Shown here in pieces: positions 43,453 through 46,353 of a stretch of DNA of 46,353 nucleotides (position 1 is its first letter; each line of letters opens with the position of its first letter). The DNA is from Candidatus Zhuqueibacterota bacterium 4484_87 (GTDB lineage Bacteria > Zhuqueibacterota > Zhuqueibacteria > Thermofontimicrobiales > Thermofontimicrobiaceae). The translations under genes were made by a program, and so were the position numbers. The notes under the pieces were generated by a model. The model saw nothing but the letters and a program-made list of their open reading frames with translations, had not been told where the DNA came from and made no database searches. Location of the stretch: contig NATN01000037.1 in the NCBI GenBank assembly GCA_002085355.1, forward strand, positions 1 through 46,353, read 5' to 3'.

Positions 43453-46065
43453 ATGAAAAGAATCTCCGTTTTTATCGCTATCCTATTTTTTTGCGTCTCT
43501 TTTCCGGCTTCGGCGGAAATGCACTCTTTTGTCGGGTCAGTTTCTTCTCCGAAATTTTCTCCATCAGGAAAGACTATTCTGTTCAGCAGCACAGATTATC
43601 ACGGATTGTATTTGCTGGATTTGGGCACAAAACAAATTCGACAATTGATAGAAAACAGAAATGGTGGTTACGGGGCTAATTTCTCGCCAGATGGTAGTTT
43701 CATCGCTTTCAAATTAATCAAAGATGACGGCGCACAAATTCCTTGCTTGTATAGTCTCAATAAAAATTCTCTTGTTGAATTGCACGCGCCTTCTTTTTTG
43801 GCGGGTGTCCCCTCTTTTGCCGGAGACGGGAGTTTCTGCTTTACTGTTGATAGCTCGCTTTTTGTTTACAATAAAAACTTGCAGCTTAAAAATATTTTCC
43901 AGTTACAAAATTATTGCAACCTCGCGCGCATTTCACCTGATGGAAAATTTGTCGCTTTCAATGACAATTTTGATCAAATTTGGATACTGTCTTTGATAGA
44001 CGGTTCAAAAAGGCAGGTTACTAATGATCAAGGATATTTTTTCCCTCAATGGTCTCCTCACGGAAAGAAATTATCTGTCCGCTCGCTTTCCGGTGATGTG
44101 TGGGTTTTTGATTTGACGACCGATGAAGCGTTCAATTTAGGCGCGGGTGGTTCTGTGAATTGGGCAGATGATGATCATTTGGTTTTTGTGCGCTATTACT
44201 GGGGCGATAGATTCCAATTAAAAAAAACAGAATTAGTATTTACCGACTTTCAGGGAAAAAACTATCAGATTATTTCCGGAATTGACATCAGTGATGCGCG
44301 TTTTTTAAGTTTTCATTTTCAAAATGGCCAACTGGTAATTTCTGCAGAAAATCGATTGGTGTTAGCGAATTGGAAAAAAGGAAGTTTCCAAATAGAGCAA
44401 CATCTGTCGCATGAGATTAATATCTCTAGTTTAAAAACTCCAAAAGATTTACCGCTGGTCAAATTATCCGCACGGTCTGAACCGGACGCGCCAGTGGCAA
44501 ACGGATTTAATGCCCCATATTTTCATCAGGTTTATGACGTGCCCAATTGGTTTAACGGTCACTGGGCATGTGGTGCGACTACCGCGTTGATGGGACTCCA
44601 GTACTATAAAATTTTGCCCGCTTGGCCCGTAAATTGCTCATATCCGTACGCCCACCAAAGTTCACACGGAAGATACATTTGTGAGATTTATTCTTTCAAT
44701 GGCTATACCTACAACATCGGCGGATACGATCCTGACGGGGGCGTCGCTTACGGAGGCTACGGCTTTATTATTCAAAACAATTGGCTGGACACAAAGGGAA
44801 ATATGGCAAAATATGTTCGCCAGCACGGCGTTGGGTCTGATGTTGACTGGTCTCCCAATTTCAGCAAGTTCAGCAAAAATATCAAAGAGGCGTTTCCGGT
44901 TGTGATTTTAAACAGCCTCACAACAGCGGGACATTACATTTTAGGTGTTGGCGAAATTGCGGCGCAACACGCTGTGATCGTAAATGATCCGTACGGCAAC
45001 AAAAATCAAGGTTACATGAACTATAATGGCAAAAATGTGACCTACGACTGGCCTGGCTACAGCAATGGGCATGCAAATTTGAACATTGTTCATTGTTTCA
45101 TTTACATGCGCCAGGGAGCAGATTTGACGCTATCAGCACCTCAGATACCAGATACACTTGAACTCGCGCAAACTGTGGCAACCGATTTTATCGTACGAAA
45201 CGTAGGCACGAAATCGGCGGACAGCTCGCATTTGGCGATCTATTTGTCTCTTGACAGAGTGTTTAACGCGAACGATATTCTGCTCGCAAAAGCCTTGATT
45301 CCTGAAATCGATGCCGGGGACACAGTTCAGGTCTCTTGCAAAATTCAATTGCCAGATTCTTTACCCAGCTATCGCTGGTCTTTGATTGCCCGCGCCGACG
45401 AGGAGAACGCTATTTTGGAGACAGATGAAAATAACAACATGGCTTACTCCCAGTTTGTTTTGAAGGGCTATCCCCGAGTTTTTCGCATGAGGCCGATTGC
45501 GAATTCCACCGTGGACACCGATCAGCCGGAAATCAGCGCCTATTTCAGTGACGCTTATTTTCCTGTAATTTCCGATTCGATAAAATTATTTCTTGACGAT
45601 TACGATTACTCCGATTCGCTGCAAGTGGCAGGGAATAAAGTGACTTTTCAACCGGTTAACGCACTTTCTCATACGGAGCATCGTGTGCGATTGGAAGTGC
45701 TAAATTCCGCAGGTAACCGTGCTGTGGCAACATGGACTTTTTCTGTGCTGACGACCTCTGTGGAGGGAGGCGATGCGGCAAAAGCCGAAAATTTCCGGTT
45801 AGCCCAAAATTATCCCAACCCGTTTAACGCGACGACGAATATTCAATTTGAATTGCCAGCTCCGGGAATGGTTCACGTGGAAATTTATGCGCAGGATGGC
45901 TCACTCGTCCGCCTTTTTAAATTTTTTGCGGGAAGTTCCGGGAAATATGCGATTCAGTGGGATGGAAAAAATGCGCATGGACAAACTGTGGGGAGTGGCC
46001 TTTATTTTTATCGGATTCGTTCCGGGCGGTTTTCCGCAGCGAAGCGGATGATTTTTTTGAAATAG
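43453..46065 (+). CDS. Secreted multidomain protein: TolB-like beta-propeller + C39-like cysteine peptidase domain + CARDB-like domain + Ig-like region + T9SS C-terminal sorting domain
   Basis: Signal peptide MKRISVFIAILFFCVSFPASA. PD40-type repeats (FSPSGKTILFSS, FSPDGSFIAFK, ISPDGKFVAFND, WSPHGKKLSVRS). Peptidase_C39_2-like triad context (HWACGATTALMGL, TTAGHYILGVG, VIVNDPYG). CARDB-like region (DFIVRNVGTKSADSSHLAIYLSLD...ETDENNN). Tail: QNYPNPFNATTNIQFELP...WDGKNAHGQTVGSGLYFYRIR...KRMIFLK. Confidence 0.8.
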   Translation: MKRISVFIAILFFCVSFPASAEMHSFVGSVSSPKFSPSGKTILFSSTDYHGLYLLDLGTKQIRQLIENRNGGYGANFSPDGSFIAFKLIKDDGAQIPCLYSLNKNSLVELHAPSFLAGVPSFAGDGSFCFTVDSSLFVYNKNLQLKNIFQLQNYCNLARISPDGKFVAFNDNFDQIWILSLIDGSKRQVTNDQGYFFPQWSPHGKKLSVRSLSGDVWVFDLTTDEAFNLGAGGSVNWADDDHLVFVRYYWGDRFQLKKTELVFTDFQGKNYQIISGIDISDARFLSFHFQNGQLVISAENRLVLANWKKGSFQIEQHLSHEINISSLKTPKDLPLVKLSARSEPDAPVANGFNAPYFHQVYDVPNWFNGHWACGATTALMGLQYYKILPAWPVNCSYPYAHQSSHGRYICEIYSFNGYTYNIGGYDPDGGVAYGGYGFIIQNNWLDTKGNMAKYVRQHGVGSDVDWSPNFSKFSKNIKEAFPVVILNSLTTAGHYILGVGEIAAQHAVIVNDPYGNKNQGYMNYNGKNVTYDWPGYSNGHANLNIVHCFIYMRQGADLTLSAPQIPDTLELAQTVATDFIVRNVGTKSADSSHLAIYLSLDRVFNANDILLAKALIPEIDAGDTVQVSCKIQLPDSLPSYRWSLIARADEENAILETDENNNMAYSQFVLKGYPRVFRMRPIANSTVDTDQPEISAYFSDAYFPVISDSIKLFLDDYDYSDSLQVAGNKVTFQPVNALSHTEHRVRLEVLNSAGNRAVATWTFSVLTTSVEGGDAAKAENFRLAQNYPNPFNATTNIQFELPAPGMVHVEIYAQDGSLVRLFKFFAGSSGKYAIQWDGKNAHGQTVGSGLYFYRIRSGRFSAAKRMIFLK

Positions 46066-46121
46066 TATCAGTTGTCCATAAGATTTGCTAACTATTGTGA
46101 AATTAATTTTTTGACAAGCTA

Positions 46122-46178
46122 ACAGGATAAACCGGATAATAAATATGATTTTTAATCAAGTAAATCCGGTTATCCTGT
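46122..46178. repeat. Imperfect inverted repeat at the low-GC / high-GC boundary
   Basis: ACAGGATAAACCGGAT (46122-46137) and ATCCGGTTATCCTGT (46164-46178) are reverse complements apart from a 1-nt bulge, with a 26-nt AT-rich spacer between them. The right arm covers the last codons of the minus-strand fragment. Confidence 0.6.
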
Positions 46179-46353
46179 CAAAGGTCCCTAGCGGCAGGGT
46201 GCCGGTGTAGCATCCGCTCTCGTCGCTCGGCGTGAACCCAAACCCCCGAATGGCAGGATCATAGGCGTAGATTTGCACGCCTGGCACCGGGTTGCCGGCT
46301 CCATCGGTGATGCACCCGGCTACCGTGAAGCCAGACGTAAGGACGACGTCCCG
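46156..46353 (-). CDS. 3' end of a high-GC gene running in from the right window edge; CarboxypepD_reg-like (beta-sandwich) segment
   Basis: I translated the minus strand by hand: RDVVLTSGFTVAGCITDGAGNPVPGVQIYAYDPAIRGFGFTPSDESGCYTGTLPLGTFDRITGFT, then a stop (TGA, plus-strand 46156-46158). The pattern G.I.D..G.P..GV.I.......G......D..G.Y....L..G.Y fits the carboxypeptidase-regulatory-like fold. GC3-rich codons contrast with the rest of the window. Confidence 0.55.
   Translation of the reverse strand, partial: RDVVLTSGFTVAGCITDGAGNPVPGVQIYAYDPAIRGFGFTPSDESGCYTGTLPLGTFDRITGFT

Noticed and set aside
1-46353. CRISPR arrays, rRNA genes, transposases/integrases, and toxin-antitoxin or phage-defence cassettes.
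   Set aside because: Reading both strands and all intergenic gaps, I found no regularly spaced direct repeats, no IS-like inverted repeats flanking a transposase, and no defence-type domains. The window is dominated by housekeeping genes.

Overview
This is an AT-rich chromosomal segment with about 50 genes, mostly housekeeping. Two secreted proteins end in T9SS/Por-type C-terminal sorting domains (NFPNPFN / NYPNPFN ... LFLK), which suggests an FCB-superphylum bacterium; I cannot be more specific than that.

Gene content, left to right:
- A six-gene Tol/Ton-like motor cluster: a giant TPR protein, a small secreted protein, a MotA/TolQ/ExbB channel, two ExbD/TolR proteins and a TonB-like protein.
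- aspS.
- An Lpp-like lipoprotein next to a coiled-coil 2xLysM protein.
- The conserved phoH / 7TM-HD (PgpH-type) / ybeY / CNNM-CorC operon.
- An unknown polytopic membrane protein followed by an orphan double-ABC ATPase.
- A minus-strand TPR / histidine phosphatase / T9SS glycoside hydrolase unit.
- A redox-stress module: OsmC, an ECF sigma factor, an RsrA-like zinc anti-sigma factor and a nitroreductase.
- A phosphohexomutase, then deoC and a pyrimidine/thymidine phosphorylase.
- PBP1A and lpxH on the minus strand.
- ispE, spoVG, tRNA-Gln(TTG), prs, L25, pth.
- A membrane pyrophosphatase.
- rpsF, ssb, rpsR, rplI.
- A zinc-ribbon miniprotein, a YbbR-like protein, tsaD, a DMT/EamA-like transporter and an S4/Hsp15-like protein.
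- An 870-aa secreted protein combining a beta-propeller, a C39-like peptidase, a CARDB domain and a T9SS tail.

Points most worth a second look:
- The Agl/Glt-core-like motor cluster at 1..7199.
- The propeller-peptidase-CARDB-T9SS protein at 43453..46065.
- Three polytopic membrane protein genes are each split into two reading frames. One of them, hppA, also lacks about 25 nt that encode a conserved motif.
- The last roughly 200 nt switch abruptly to high GC, and the switch sits on an inverted repeat.
- The orphan ABC ATPase at 17468..18952 has no permease or binding protein nearby.

I saw no CRISPR arrays, rRNA genes, transposases or integrases.
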